IMG/VR virus record: IMGVR_UViG_3300032053_005343
Location: 64,001-128,000 of that record
Reading direction: 5' to 3' (one strand)
Source: a virus
DNA length: 64,000 bases
Made by a program: the position numbers and the translations under genes. The first letter of the stretch is position 1; every line of letters begins with the position of its first letter. A model generated the notes under the pieces. The model did no database searches and was not told the DNA's origin. It saw only the letters and a list, made by a program, of their open reading frames with translations. Positions 21,480 to 31,880 of this stretch are shown piece by piece.

Positions 21480-22022
21480 TTATTCAATTATTTTTCCATT
21501 AATTGTATCTTGCAGGCACTTTGGACATTTTTGCCCAAAATCTTTGCTTTCTTGTCTGTCCGATTCAAAATTTTGCTCACATTGCGAACACTTTATATTA
21601 TATTTTTTGGGAGGACTTCTTTTTGTTTTTCGTTCCTTGGTAATAGTAGCTTTTTCGATATTTTTGTTTACTTCTTCTTCTGAAACATTTTCTGTCAAGG
21701 GTTTAGTTTCATTGCCATAATATCCCCTTTTATTTGTTGTAGAAAATCCAGTAGCCAATGGTGGTGTTTTATATTTATCAAAAACGACTGGTTCTTTATT
21801 TTTTGCAATTTTATCTAAATCTGAAGACTTTATATTCATTCGATTTTCTGATTTTTTATACTCATTAAGTAGTTGTTCTATTTGCTGTATTAAAGGATTT
21901 ATAATATCTGGCAATGGTTCTAATTTAATTTTTTCTCCAGTTAAAAGTTCAAATCCATTACAGATTTTTTCTAAATTATGTTGTAAAATACCCTCTCTAA
22001 TAATTTTAAGTGGATTATCCAT
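21480..22022 (-). CDS. Hypothetical protein with C-terminal zinc ribbon
   Basis: CSQC...CPKC. Confidence 0.55.
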   Translation of the reverse strand: MDNPLKIIREGILQHNLEKICNGFELLTGEKIKLEPLPDIINPLIQQIEQLLNEYKKSENRMNIKSSDLDKIAKNKEPVVFDKYKTPPLATGFSTTNKRGYYGNETKPLTENVSEEEVNKNIEKATITKERKTKRSPPKKYNIKCSQCEQNFESDRQESKDFGQKCPKCLQDTINGKIIE

Positions 22023-22491
22023 TTTTTATCTCCAAATTTCTTTGTCTTATTATTGTTTGTATAGTCTGACAATAAAACTCAACACGGCGAGACAGATAAA
22101 TTATTCTAGAGAGTCTAAGCTCTACTTTTTGCGATAGTCTTCCCGCTTTTGATTTATCTTCATTAAATAATTTACCTATAACATTTTTGGTCCATTTAAG
22201 ATAGCATTCGCATTCATTAGATTTTTTCTGTAGAAATATTAAATATTGAGAAAGCATAAATGAATATTCACAAAGTCTCATTGTTGTTTCTAATCTAACT
22301 TCTTCTATAGATAATTCGAGTATTTTTTCAATCTCTGATCTATTAGACTCTTTAAAGGAGAGGCATAAAGATTTTTCCCATGCTACGAGATCATCATTGT
22401 ATTTCTTATATTCTTCATCGAAGTTATTACTTATCATATACGGCCACAAATTTAAAATTGTTAAGTAGACAAAAATTAATTTTACGTTCAT
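22015..22491 (-). CDS. Helical hypothetical protein (start probably at internal Met)
   Basis: In-operon ORF in the recA-dnaB block. Confidence 0.5.
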   Translation of the reverse strand: MNVKLIFVYLTILNLWPYMISNNFDEEYKKYNDDLVAWEKSLCLSFKESNRSEIEKILELSIEEVRLETTMRLCEYSFMLSQYLIFLQKKSNECECYLKWTKNVIGKLFNEDKSKAGRLSQKVELRLSRIIYLSRRVEFYCQTIQTIIRQRNLEIKNG

Positions 22492-22783
22492 CTCGATTTT
22501 TTTGATTATTAAAATCTATTTTTGTTTTATGAAAAAACTTTATATGCATAGAATGCTGTTTTCCTTGGATTTCTATCACAAGCTGACGTGAAGGGATAAA
22601 AAGATCAAGATAAAATTTTTCAATAGGTATGTATACTTCTTCATAGATATTGTCCGAAGGATATTCTTCCTTTAATTGTTCTTTAATTCTTGTTTGAAAT
22701 TTTGATCTCTGATATGTCTCTTTTAATAAATATTTTTTTAAATTTATATTAATTTCTGATCCATCATATATTTTAACAATCAT
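22427..22783 (-). CDS. DUF559/Vsr-like PD-(D/E)xK endonuclease
   Basis: YLDLFIP...IEIQGKQH...RDERK. Confidence 0.7.
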   Translation of the reverse strand: MIVKIYDGSEININLKKYLLKETYQRSKFQTRIKEQLKEEYPSDNIYEEVYIPIEKFYLDLFIPSRQLVIEIQGKQHSMHIKFFHKTKIDFNNQKNRDERKINFCLLNNFKFVAVYDK

Positions 22784-22784
22784 T

Positions 22785-23738
22785 TTATTTTCTTTTTTTA
22801 TATTTTCTAATCGGAGTTGATAAAGCCCTTTTTAATGACCATCCCGCTTTATTCAGTCTATACTGTAGTGTTTGGGGACTCATCTTATATTCTTGTGCCA
22901 AATCTGTAATACATTGTTTCTTATTTTTATAATCATAAAATTTATTTCGTAGTTTACAATTTTTGGGGGAATAATTACCATTGTTATTGATTCTATCAAG
23001 AGATTTACCCTTTGGTATTTCGCCAATATCCTCTAAAAAATTTTGAAATCCATTTTTATTATTAGACCATCTTTTACAAACCGCAATCGGAGGATTTCTT
23101 CCTCCGTAATATTTATAGGCTGGATGATTTTTGTTGGTGCATTTTTGAGCCATTCTTCTCCAGGTGTTATATGTTCTTGATGTTTTATCATTTGTACTAT
23201 GACCATGCCTTATTCTTAATTTGCTTGCCTCGCACGCCATTTCTTTCTGTAAACACCCACAACTTTTAGTGCTACTATCTTTAAGACTTTTCCCGGCAAC
23301 AATTGTTTCTTTACCACAATCGCATATACATTCCCATAAATAATTACCTCCCTTGGTTTTACCATTAGGTTTTATTGCAATAAGTTTTCCAAACCTTTGT
23401 CCAGTTAAGTCAATGAAGCTTCCTTTTCCTGGGGCTTGGGGATCAGAAGAAACATTAAAACCTATTTTTCTATTGCAACAATTGGTGGCGTCAATCCACC
23501 ATTTCTCTCTCGCGTATAAATCTTTTATGTTATAAATATTTTCAATAATCTCGTATCTAAAGTTTTTCTCTCCATACCTATTCCATGAATTTTGTAAATA
23601 TAGATTATAATGTTTATTTTTACGTAAAAATCTTATGTGATCTTTCAATCTTCTGTCAATATTTACGCTACTTCCTATATAAAATTTATTATTATTTTTA
23701 CATATAATTTTATAAATACCAGATATATTATTCATCAT
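22785..23738 (-). mobile_element. GIY-YIG plus HNH (DLTG family) fusion homing endonuclease
   Basis: GIYKI..FYIGSS..R..H..E..N followed by DLTGQRFGKL..SCGC..LDRINNN. Confidence 0.8.
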
Positions 23739-23743
23739 ACCAA

Positions 23744-24796
23744 TTATTTTCTTTCAGGGAGCAATATATCTCTTATCTCTTTGTCAAATTTTTCAATATA
23801 TTGAGGATTACTTTTAAAGTATTCACGAACCTTTTCAAGTCCCTGTAATTTAATAGGGTTGCCATCTGCGTCTAGTATTGATGGAACAATAAACCAACTT
23901 GCACTTTTTTGAATCAAACCAAGATTTTCTGCATTGATTAAAATATCTTTTATGCGATCTACACCCTCACCAAAGCGAAGAGGAACGGCGCAGGGAAGGA
24001 ATGGTTTACCTAAAGCAGAACATATCACGGTTATCATCGCGTCGTGCCCGGCAGGTGCGTTAGTCTCCGGGTCTTTATCCCATTGTTTAGCCCAGTTACA
24101 AGTAAGCCATACGCTGCAAGCATAACCTATTGCGAGCCCTCCTTTAGTCTCGAATTTCTTTCCCATAGGCTCCCTACTAGTCATTAGCTGCGAAATAAAG
24201 AGGACGATAGAATTTGTATCATCTATTGTTTGTTGAACTTTCCTGAAAAAGCTGGCAAGAAGTTTAGGTGTCCCGCTCATATCCCGCGATTCGCCCAGTA
24301 ATTCTGATTGCTCGGCGAGCGTGCTTAGCGCAGCGATGCTATCTATAACAATTACAGCTTTTCGATTTTCCTTTATTGTCGTTTCAATAACCCTAAGCCA
24401 CTCCTCGGCGCTTAGCACCTTGTCTGGTGTAGATTTTATAATATTTAATTTCTCTGTATTTAATCCTTGGATAGTTTTCAAAAGGCTATGGGAACAGCGT
24501 CTCTCGATGTCCACATAAAAGGCGGGACGATCTGCATCTATTGCATTCTTTAGAATTTCTAGGCAGATTGAAGTTTTTCCAACTTTGCTTTTGCCACTAA
24601 TAAGGCAGGTAGCGCCATCAGGAATCCCCCCACTTAAACTAATGTCGAGAGATAATACCGTCTTGAGAATATCTCTTTTCTTATCTAGTATTTTATCCGC
24701 TTTTTGAATGATTCCAATCCCATACTGCCTTTCGAGAAAGGAATTAAAACTTTCATCAACAATCTTGTCTTTATTCTTTTTTGCCATTTTCCTCAA
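23744..24796 (-). CDS. recA: RecA/UvsX recombinase
   Basis: LDISLSGGIP, GKSKVGKTS, YVDIE, VIDSIAAL, FISQL, GGLA. Confidence 0.9.
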   Translation of the reverse strand: MRKMAKKNKDKIVDESFNSFLERQYGIGIIQKADKILDKKRDILKTVLSLDISLSGGIPDGATCLISGKSKVGKTSICLEILKNAIDADRPAFYVDIERRCSHSLLKTIQGLNTEKLNIIKSTPDKVLSAEEWLRVIETTIKENRKAVIVIDSIAALSTLAEQSELLGESRDMSGTPKLLASFFRKVQQTIDDTNSIVLFISQLMTSREPMGKKFETKGGLAIGYACSVWLTCNWAKQWDKDPETNAPAGHDAMITVICSALGKPFLPCAVPLRFGEGVDRIKDILINAENLGLIQKSASWFIVPSILDADGNPIKLQGLEKVREYFKSNPQYIEKFDKEIRDILLPERK

Positions 24797-25226
24797 TATC
24801 TTTCAAAATCGACAATTTATTTTTTGTCCCAGTATCTACATATCTTGCATTTTCTTCTGGAGAAAAGATACTCACAACTATTTTTTCGTCACTTATTTTT
24901 CTCTTCTCTATTTCTTTTTTATATAATATATCTAATTTTTTAATTATTGTATTTAAAGTCTTTTTAGCCGAAAGAGATTTAATCCAACCATCTTTAATAA
25001 TACCAATTAATAATTTTTGAATTAAAGGATTATTAAAATCTGTTAATTTACTTAAGTTGCTTATGCCTTTAATTTCTCTCGGATATTTTTTGGCCCAATA
25101 ATTATTGGATTTCCAGAATCGAGGACCGAGTTTCTTATCCATATTTAAACACACTAATTCTACGACGTAATTACGAAAATCTATAGGAAGACCTGGGGTT
25201 GTTGGTGAATCAAAAGTCTTTTCCAT
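24771..25226 (-). CDS. Hypothetical protein
   Basis: In-operon ORF overlapping recA start. Confidence 0.6.
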   Translation of the reverse strand: MEKTFDSPTTPGLPIDFRNYVVELVCLNMDKKLGPRFWKSNNYWAKKYPREIKGISNLSKLTDFNNPLIQKLLIGIIKDGWIKSLSAKKTLNTIIKKLDILYKKEIEKRKISDEKIVVSIFSPEENARYVDTGTKNKLSILKDIEENGKKE

Positions 25227-25228
25227 TT

Positions 25229-25642
25229 TTATTCTTCGTTACAGATAAGAAAAAATCCACATTTGTCCTTATTTCGCGTTTCTTTTCCCACCATTTCTCC
25301 GTCCTCGGATATCCAAAACAATGTTGCATTTACACCATCATAATATCCAACACAAATTCCTTGCACTTCTACGTTTCCCATAAAAATTTTTACCATCTTT
25401 TTACCAAAACAATAACCTTTTTGTAATTTTGGCATATCAAAACTTTTATTTCCTTCGATAAGTCTAAGGTCTACGATTTTTAAATCTGGATTTAATTGTA
25501 AAAATTGTTTTAGTCTTATCCATGAATGAGGCCCATCTTTTCTCTCGTCTTGAAAGACTTCTTTGTTATTTGATAAAGTTGCAACATAATATTTGCTGCA
25601 ATTTGTCGGAACCATAAAACTTATTAATTCTTCATTATTCAT
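25229..25642 (-). CDS. Hypothetical protein
   Basis: In-operon ORF. Confidence 0.6.
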   Translation of the reverse strand: MNNEELISFMVPTNCSKYYVATLSNNKEVFQDERKDGPHSWIRLKQFLQLNPDLKIVDLRLIEGNKSFDMPKLQKGYCFGKKMVKIFMGNVEVQGICVGYYDGVNATLFWISEDGEMVGKETRNKDKCGFFLICNEE

Positions 25643-25997
25643 TCTTTTTTACTCCGGAGTACCTTTCACTATCAGCCTTCATGGATTCTGATGCCGTCAT
25701 AATAGTAGTTCCTTTCCCCCCATCTATTGGGTTTTTTATTTTTATACTTATAACATTAGCGTTTTTTGGTTTGTTATCTTTTGGAACAATAGGTGAAGAT
25801 GTTGATTCTGATTGTTCGTAGAGAAACAAATCTGAAACAATATACGTATTTATAAATTCTTCAAATAATGTCGTACATCTATTAAAAAGATCTAACTTAT
25901 TTTTGGTTTGTTTTAAGGGTTTGTCGTTTTTATAAAAAAGTTTTCGGTCTAAAAATTTTGAAAAATCATCAGACAGTTTTTTATCTACATGTTTCAT
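25635..25997 (-). CDS. Hypothetical protein
   Basis: In-operon ORF; C-terminal TIMTASESMKAD. Confidence 0.55.
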   Translation of the reverse strand: MKHVDKKLSDDFSKFLDRKLFYKNDKPLKQTKNKLDLFNRCTTLFEEFINTYIVSDLFLYEQSESTSSPIVPKDNKPKNANVISIKIKNPIDGGKGTTIMTASESMKADSERYSGVKKNE

Positions 25998-26012
25998 TTT
26001 ATTTCCTTTATT

Positions 26013-26327
26013 TTAATTTAAATAATTTCTTTGCGCCAGCGTTAAATGTGTCCTGTTTTTCGTTTTTAGGAAAAGAACATAATAATCAAAACATAATTTA
26101 TTACATTTTTTCAAATTGTAGGATAGTCCACCCTTCTCCAAATCTTTTTTGTTTCTATTGTCATAAGATTGAGGATTAAACAAATCGCCATCATTGGAAA
26201 TCAACACAAAATTCATATCACCAATCGTATAGGCGAAAACATCTTTATTTGAATACAATGTTGCTTCTGTTTCGGATTTAGTAATATGTGGAGTACCATT
26301 TTTATCTATGTATTTTATGTCGTGCAT
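26013..26327 (-). CDS. Hypothetical protein
   Basis: In-operon ORF. Confidence 0.55.
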   Translation of the reverse strand: MHDIKYIDKNGTPHITKSETEATLYSNKDVFAYTIGDMNFVLISNDGDLFNPQSYDNRNKKDLEKGGLSYNLKKCNKLCFDYYVLFLKTKNRTHLTLAQRNYLN

Positions 26328-26671
26328 TATTTTCTCCTATTAACTTTAAAAATAACGTCGCAGTCAGGACTTAATCCACCACCATGTTGAATATTTTCAT
26401 CTATTTCGAATTTAGTTTGATCATTTGCTGCTCCTGGATAAAATTGTCCTTTGATTGAGATAACCCTATTTATATTTTTACAATTTTCGCAATAAACAGC
26501 TATTCTTGTGGTGATAGGATTTTTATTTTCTCCTACAAGTTCTTCGTTTGTTTTTGTTAATTGAAAAATCATGAGATTTTTTTCGCACTTATTACATTTT
26601 GCTACGACAGAACCTCTGTCTGCAATACCAAGAGTAATTCTTTTTCCTGGTTCATTTATATTTAATTCCAT
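26327..26671 (-). CDS. Hypothetical zinc-binding protein
   Basis: CNKC...CENC. Confidence 0.55.
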   Translation of the reverse strand: MELNINEPGKRITLGIADRGSVVAKCNKCEKNLMIFQLTKTNEELVGENKNPITTRIAVYCENCKNINRVISIKGQFYPGAANDQTKFEIDENIQHGGGLSPDCDVIFKVNRRK

Positions 26672-27210
26672 TAAATTTCTCCTTTATCTACGGTTATATG
26701 TTTCCATATTTTCTTTCTTTTGATATATGAAATTGTTTGTCTCGTTACATTAAATATGTCGGCGATTTCTTGCTGAATTAAATATCCATCTTCTATTAAT
26801 CTTATAATTATTCTAACTTTCCAGTCATTTAATTTTGCTAACCCCTGCTTAGAACCCTTAATAAAAGTCCCGTGTTTAATTGAATCTTTAGCATTATTTT
26901 TATGTGTATCCCATCTCAAATTTCCAACATAGTTATTTGAGGGTTTTCCATCATTGTGGCATCCTTCCATCCCTGGTGGGCAAGGACCAACAAATGCTTC
27001 AAGAACCAATCTATGTATAGAATAATTTTTTCTTATATTATTTTTATACAAACTTACTTGCAAATGTCCATATTTATTGATTTTTAAAGATTTTAAAATT
27101 TTAAATGGTTTATGATTTTTATTTCTATTGAATCGTTTTATTCCTCCGTAATTTGATACTTGATATAATCCTTCATAATCTTTAATATCTTTCCAAATTT
27201 CCTCGGTCAT
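26671..27210 (-). mobile_element. NUMOD4-HNH homing endonuclease
   Basis: EIWKDIKDYEGLYQVSNYG, IHRLVLEAF, HNDGKPSNN..GNLRW. Confidence 0.87.
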
Positions 27211-27380
27211 TTGGTTTTATCTTCTATTTCCTTCACAACAAGATTTTTATCTATTTTCATTTCTTCACGATCTTTATCGCCCATAATATTCAATTTCTTT
27301 TTACCAAACACAGATTCCCAGTTTGCGGTTTCAATCTCCGGAGAAACTTGGCATTTACGTTTATTAGAACCTTTCCCCAT
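27207..27380 (-). CDS. Small hypothetical protein (57 aa, not in ORF track)
   Basis: Manual translation MGKGSNKRKCQVSPEIETANWESVFGKKK...; ATGA overlap with next gene. Confidence 0.6.
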   Translation of the reverse strand: MGKGSNKRKCQVSPEIETANWESVFGKKKLNIMGDKDREEMKIDKNLVVKEIEDKTK

Positions 27381-27391
27381 TTTAAAATCCT

Positions 27392-27568
27392 TTAAATTAT
27401 TGGCCAGTTAATATCATTATTTTCTTTTAATCTTTCATCAAACAATTTTTTTAATTCCAGTGGGTCGTCATCAATAATTCTGTTGAGACAAAAACATTTT
27501 ACTGTTCTAACAAACAAAAGGATCTCTCCCGTTCCTTTACAGTCCGGACACTTAGGGTCTGGCATCAT
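27392..27568 (-). CDS. Small zinc-finger protein (58 aa, not in ORF track)
   Basis: Manual translation MMPDPKCPDCKGTG...KCFC... Confidence 0.55.
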   Translation of the reverse strand: MMPDPKCPDCKGTGEILLFVRTVKCFCLNRIIDDDPLELKKLFDERLKENNDINWPII

Positions 27569-27574
27569 AACGTA

Positions 27575-28159
27575 TTATACTATGGATTTAATTACTTTTT
27601 CGACGAAAGTTCCGTTGGCTTTAGTGAATTTTGCCAAAAGATTTTTATGCTTCTCCGTCAAAGGTCCGCCATTAGATGTTTGAGATTCAATAGCACCCTT
27701 AACTCTTCTTTGGGTTTCTGGGTCAACATTTTTAACCGCCTTGGTTACTAAATTTAACATATTCATACTATTCTTAGCTTTAAGATAATATTTGAGAAAT
27801 ATACCGATGGCCAAAAGAAAAATAATAGCCATTAAAGAAGTGCCGACAATAACGGCCAATGCCCCACTATATTTGATTATTCCTGAATTATTTACAGTCT
27901 TACTTACTTCAAATAATTGTTGTTTTAATTCCTCTATAGTTTCGGCATCAACTTTGTTGTCAACTATTTTTTCAAGTTTATTTAAATTATTTTCTACCGA
28001 TGCAATTTTTGCCATAGCCTCTGTTTTAACGGCTCCCGGAGAAACACAAGACGTTGTAAAGAAAAGTATTATACCCGCTATTATTCCTGCTAACAATATT
28101 GCCAACATCCCAGAGCCAAACATAATTTTATTTCTTAACATTTTTTTTCTTACCACCAA
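27575..28159 (-). CDS. Membrane protein with two hydrophobic segments
   Basis: N-terminal hydrophobic stretch followed by TTSC; second hydrophobic segment. Confidence 0.6.
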   Translation of the reverse strand: MVVRKKMLRNKIMFGSGMLAILLAGIIAGIILFFTTSCVSPGAVKTEAMAKIASVENNLNKLEKIVDNKVDAETIEELKQQLFEVSKTVNNSGIIKYSGALAVIVGTSLMAIIFLLAIGIFLKYYLKAKNSMNMLNLVTKAVKNVDPETQRRVKGAIESQTSNGGPLTEKHKNLLAKFTKANGTFVEKVIKSIV

Positions 28160-28565
28160 AGATTTTATTCACTAACTCATCAGCTAACTTATTGTTTTCT
28201 CTAGATTCCCATTTTATTGAGAATTCTTTAAATTGCTCTAATAATTCTAAAACTTTATCCCTATGCTTAATCAATTCTTCGTTATTTGTTTTTGCTGCCT
28301 TTGTAATCTGTTTTACAATCAATTGACTATCAACTATTATATGAATTATTTCAATTTTTTCTTTAAGAGCATGTGTCAAACCGGCGATCAACCCCCGGTA
28401 CTCGGCTATATTACTTGTGCCTTTTTTTCCACATTTTTTAGAACCTTGAAAAACAATTTCCTTAACATCTTCTGGATTGAATGCAATCCAAGCACAAGCC
28501 ATTCTACCTTCTCTTATTCCTCCGTCCGTCCTCAGTATAATCTCTCTCATTGTATGTGTTTCCAA
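28128..28565 (-). CDS. Ribonuclease HI (archaeal/Gram-positive type)
   Basis: TDGG, TSNIAEYRGLI, DSQLIV, RENNKLADEL. Confidence 0.85.
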   Translation of the reverse strand: METHTMREIILRTDGGIREGRMACAWIAFNPEDVKEIVFQGSKKCGKKGTSNIAEYRGLIAGLTHALKEKIEIIHIIVDSQLIVKQITKAAKTNNEELIKHRDKVLELLEQFKEFSIKWESRENNKLADELVNKIFGGKKKNVKK

Positions 28566-29182
28566 CTCTTGTTGTTTATAATATCATAAATTGTGTTTGA
28601 ATGAACATTATAGATATTGGCTATTTCTTTTACGGAAAATCCATTTTTATACATTGCTCTAATTTCTTGAATATTAAGATCTGTTAATTTTGCAAAATGA
28701 TTTTTAGATCCCTGGTGTGTAATACTCATTTTAAGCTTACTTTCTTTGGTGTGCTTATTGCCGTCACGAGAAAGTCCAATATTTCTTTTGTGACTATCGG
28801 TTAATATTCTACCACTCATTGCTATACTTATTTTTGATTTAGATTTTTCACTATGTTTTCGTCCAAGCATAGGAAATGTACCTGGATTAATAATATTAAA
28901 TCCATATTTATGATCAAAACACTTAGTCCTTTTGAACCAACTTAATTCTCTTTCTATCAAAAGATTAGTTTTAACATTTTCCATTATTTCAAATTTAAAA
29001 TTATTTTCTCCATATTTATTCCAGGAATTTTGTAAATATGTGTTCGGATGTGCATTTCTTTTTAACGCACTTTTATGTAATTTCCATCTGATTATTATAT
29101 TTGTTGAACTTCCTATATAAAATTTATTATTTTTTAAACACGTTATCTTATAAATCCCACCAATATGACCTTTTATAAACAT
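28547..29182 (-). mobile_element. GIY-YIG homing endonuclease with NUMOD3 repeats and C-terminal HTH
   Basis: GIYKITC..FYIGSS..RW..H; KHSEKSKSKIS. Confidence 0.85.
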
Positions 29183-30102
29183 TATCTTTCAGCCCCAGGG
29201 CAGATTCTCTTAAAATTGCAATAAATACATTTATTGAGATTCTCGGTCATTTCAAATAATTCTCTATCTTCCCTATTCTTATGGGCCTTCGCCAATAGAG
29301 GATATTCTCTTTTAATAATATCAATTTGATTTTTAATCTGCAATTTATTAATCTCAATTGTAGGAAATGCTGCCACGGGATCGTCCTCAAAATAGGCTAG
29401 AAACGCCGGAATAATTACTATATCTTCTAACTTTTCTACCCATTTCATTTTTAGGGCATACATCGAATAAACAGTCATCTGTTCAACAATGTCATTGTTC
29501 GGCTTACCTGTTTTGAAATCTACGAGAATCAGCTTTCCATTATCCTTAAACGCGCAGTCTAATTTGACACTAATTTCTTCTCCTGTTATCATTTTAAATT
29601 TTTGAAATTCCTCGACAGTTATCCATTGATTTTTTTCTAGTGAACTCATAGTTTTAAACAGGTCACACTTGTAAAAAGCTTCTATGCATTTTAATGCTTT
29701 TATTTTATAGCTACTCAACTTTTGCTTGTCGGGCATTCTGTCATAATACATTTCGAAGAAGTTTACCTTTTTGGCACTAGTTTTCCATTCTTGATTTTTT
29801 GATTCCACCCATCCCTTCCGCAACAAATTAACAACTTTATCTTTAGAATCATTTAAAGATATCCATTTTCCGGTTGACCTAAAAGTTTTAATCGCATACT
29901 CTATTGTTTCATGTACAATCGAACCGACATACATCGGAAAATTAGTCAAGTTCTTTAATAGATATGCTTCTTTTTGTTCTTTTGTGGCATTCTTCATCCA
30001 GCCCCCCCAAGAGGCAAAGTAATTATACCAGTATTTGCGAGCACATTCCCGGAGAGTTTTAATCCTACTGGCCGACCAAGAAAAATTTAATTCTAAAGAC
30101 AT
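29182..30102 (-). CDS. PD-(D/E)xK nuclease superfamily protein
   Basis: SWSASRI..C, GSIVH, KLD..VDFKTG, Q..Y, CxxC..C. Confidence 0.8.
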   Translation of the reverse strand: MSLELNFSWSASRIKTLRECARKYWYNYFASWGGWMKNATKEQKEAYLLKNLTNFPMYVGSIVHETIEYAIKTFRSTGKWISLNDSKDKVVNLLRKGWVESKNQEWKTSAKKVNFFEMYYDRMPDKQKLSSYKIKALKCIEAFYKCDLFKTMSSLEKNQWITVEEFQKFKMITGEEISVKLDCAFKDNGKLILVDFKTGKPNNDIVEQMTVYSMYALKMKWVEKLEDIVIIPAFLAYFEDDPVAAFPTIEINKLQIKNQIDIIKREYPLLAKAHKNREDRELFEMTENLNKCIYCNFKRICPGAER

Positions 30103-30644
30103 CTTATTCCATTCTTTATTCTTGATATAGTAGCCTGAACAACATTAAATATTTCGGAGATTTCTTTTTGGGTTAAATAATCGTCCTCTATTAATCTTGT
30201 AATAACCCTAAATTGTGATTCGTTTAATTTTGAACTATGATGTTTTGATCCTTTTGGAGGAGTGGGAAAGATAGAATAATGGGTGCCATGCTTAATAGAA
30301 TCTTGGGCATTTTCTGATTTTGTTCCCCATTTTAAATTTTCTAATCTATTATTTTGGGGATTACCATCAAGATGTCTACACTCCATTCCGGGTGGACATG
30401 GACCTACAAAAGCTATTAAAACTAATCTGTGAATATAGAATGTTTTTATTTCATTGTTTTTACATAGGGCGACACCAATATGACCCATTGCGTCACAGCG
30501 ACGTTGTTTTAAAATCTTTTGTTTTTCATATTTTAAACTTTTAATTCTCCCCAAATCAGAAACTTCATATAATCCTTCATAATTAATAATAGGCTTCCAA
30601 ATCTCTTTTGCTGTTTCTGTAATTTTAGCCATTAATAAATCCAA
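30093..30644 (-). mobile_element. NUMOD4-HNH homing endonuclease
   Basis: EIWKPIINYEGLYEVSDLG, HLDGNPQNNRLENLKW. Confidence 0.87.
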
Positions 30645-30832
30645 ACCTCAACATAATCACAACATGGTTCTTCGATATAATATATTGGAGATGGAACATA
30701 TACTGTATCTGTCACAAAATCTATATCACAACCGCTGATTAAAACTAAAAAACCAATTCCTAACAATAATTTTTTCATTTTATTCCTTCCAAAATATATA
30801 AACATTTTTACCATCCCTCTTTGCGAGATCAA
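30632..30832 (-). CDS. Small putative lipoprotein (real start probably MKKLLL)
   Basis: MKKLLLGIGFLVLISGC lipobox. Confidence 0.55.
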   Translation of the reverse strand: MISQRGMVKMFIYFGRNKMKKLLLGIGFLVLISGCDIDFVTDTVYVPSPIYYIEEPCCDYVEVWIY

Positions 30833-31154
30833 TACTATTTTTCGTTCCCTTTGATTCTCCGTTCCAAAAAGCTATGATGGCGTCTGATTGATTTATTATT
30901 AATTTGTTTCTTTTAAATCCGGCGCTTTTTCCGTACTGATTCCAATCTGGTAAAATTTCTGTTATAGGAATATTTTTTTCTTCTGCGTATCTTCTTGCGA
31001 GACTGTCTGCGCCTTTCGCGCCTCCACTTACAATTTCAGAAAAAGAAAAACTATCAAGAATTTCTTTCATAAATTCATAGTTAACAAAAGTTCGTGAACC
31101 TATTACACCAACTTTATTAAAATCTTTTATCACCATAAATTCTATATTATTCAT
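30780..31154 (-). CDS. SLOG / DUF2493 (YspA-like) protein
   Basis: IGSRTF, VSGGAKGAD, AGFKRN, FWNGESKGT. Confidence 0.8.
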   Translation of the reverse strand: MNNIEFMVIKDFNKVGVIGSRTFVNYEFMKEILDSFSFSEIVSGGAKGADSLARRYAEEKNIPITEILPDWNQYGKSAGFKRNKLIINQSDAIIAFWNGESKGTKNSIDLAKRDGKNVYIFWKE

Positions 31155-31879
31155 TTTTCATCCATTGTTATTAATGCGTCGTCAATTATTTGATTATTAT
31201 CTATTGTTCCCGAAGAAAAATGGAGAATGTATGGCTTGTAAATTTTAACTCTATGTAACCATTCTTTTACATATCCAACCCCACCGTTGCAGGGATGTGA
31301 ATTATAAATATTACCGTTCAATAATTTAATTTTATAGATATCGTTATGGTTTTTATATAGATTTGTAATTAATTCCGATAATGCTCGTTGGTCCCTAGAC
31401 GGAGCATTGTGTAAACTTTTTTGTCTTTCCACCCACTGGTTTATAAAATCTTTTATTTGATCACAATTTTTAAGTGCTACGAATCCCGCGCTTATATTAT
31501 TTGTTCTATATTTTTCCTTGACTTCTGGATAAATTGTAACAAAAATATTTGCATTTTCTTTGAACAAATTATTAAGATCCTTCACAATTAAGCAATCAAT
31601 ATCTAAAAGAAGAATATTTTCAAATTTATTATTATTAATAAAATATTTTAATGATTCAGCCTTTCTTGCGCAATTTATACCAAAACATGTCGAATCATCA
31701 TCAAATATTTCAATAAATTTTACTTTATTTAAATTTTTATACTTGTTAAGATCAGATTGATCTATTTCGTTTGTGTAGATAAAAATATTTTCTACGGAAG
31801 ATTGGTCGTTCCAATTTTTAAGTGTTTTTTCTAGTTTTGAAAAATAACTTGCTGAGCAAAAACTAATTATGTCAAACAT
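31151..31879 (-). CDS. GT-A nucleotide-diphospho-sugar transferase-like protein
   Basis: LLDIDC (DxD), NISAGF, DQRAL, ILHF. Confidence 0.7.
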   Translation of the reverse strand: MFDIISFCSASYFSKLEKTLKNWNDQSSVENIFIYTNEIDQSDLNKYKNLNKVKFIEIFDDDSTCFGINCARKAESLKYFINNNKFENILLLDIDCLIVKDLNNLFKENANIFVTIYPEVKEKYRTNNISAGFVALKNCDQIKDFINQWVERQKSLHNAPSRDQRALSELITNLYKNHNDIYKIKLLNGNIYNSHPCNGGVGYVKEWLHRVKIYKPYILHFSSGTIDNNQIIDDALITMDEK

Positions 31880-31880
31880 T

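Noticed and set aside
23744-24796. Higher GC content in recA as a sign of recent transfer
   Set aside because: Judged by eye only and explainable by the amino-acid composition of a conserved protein.
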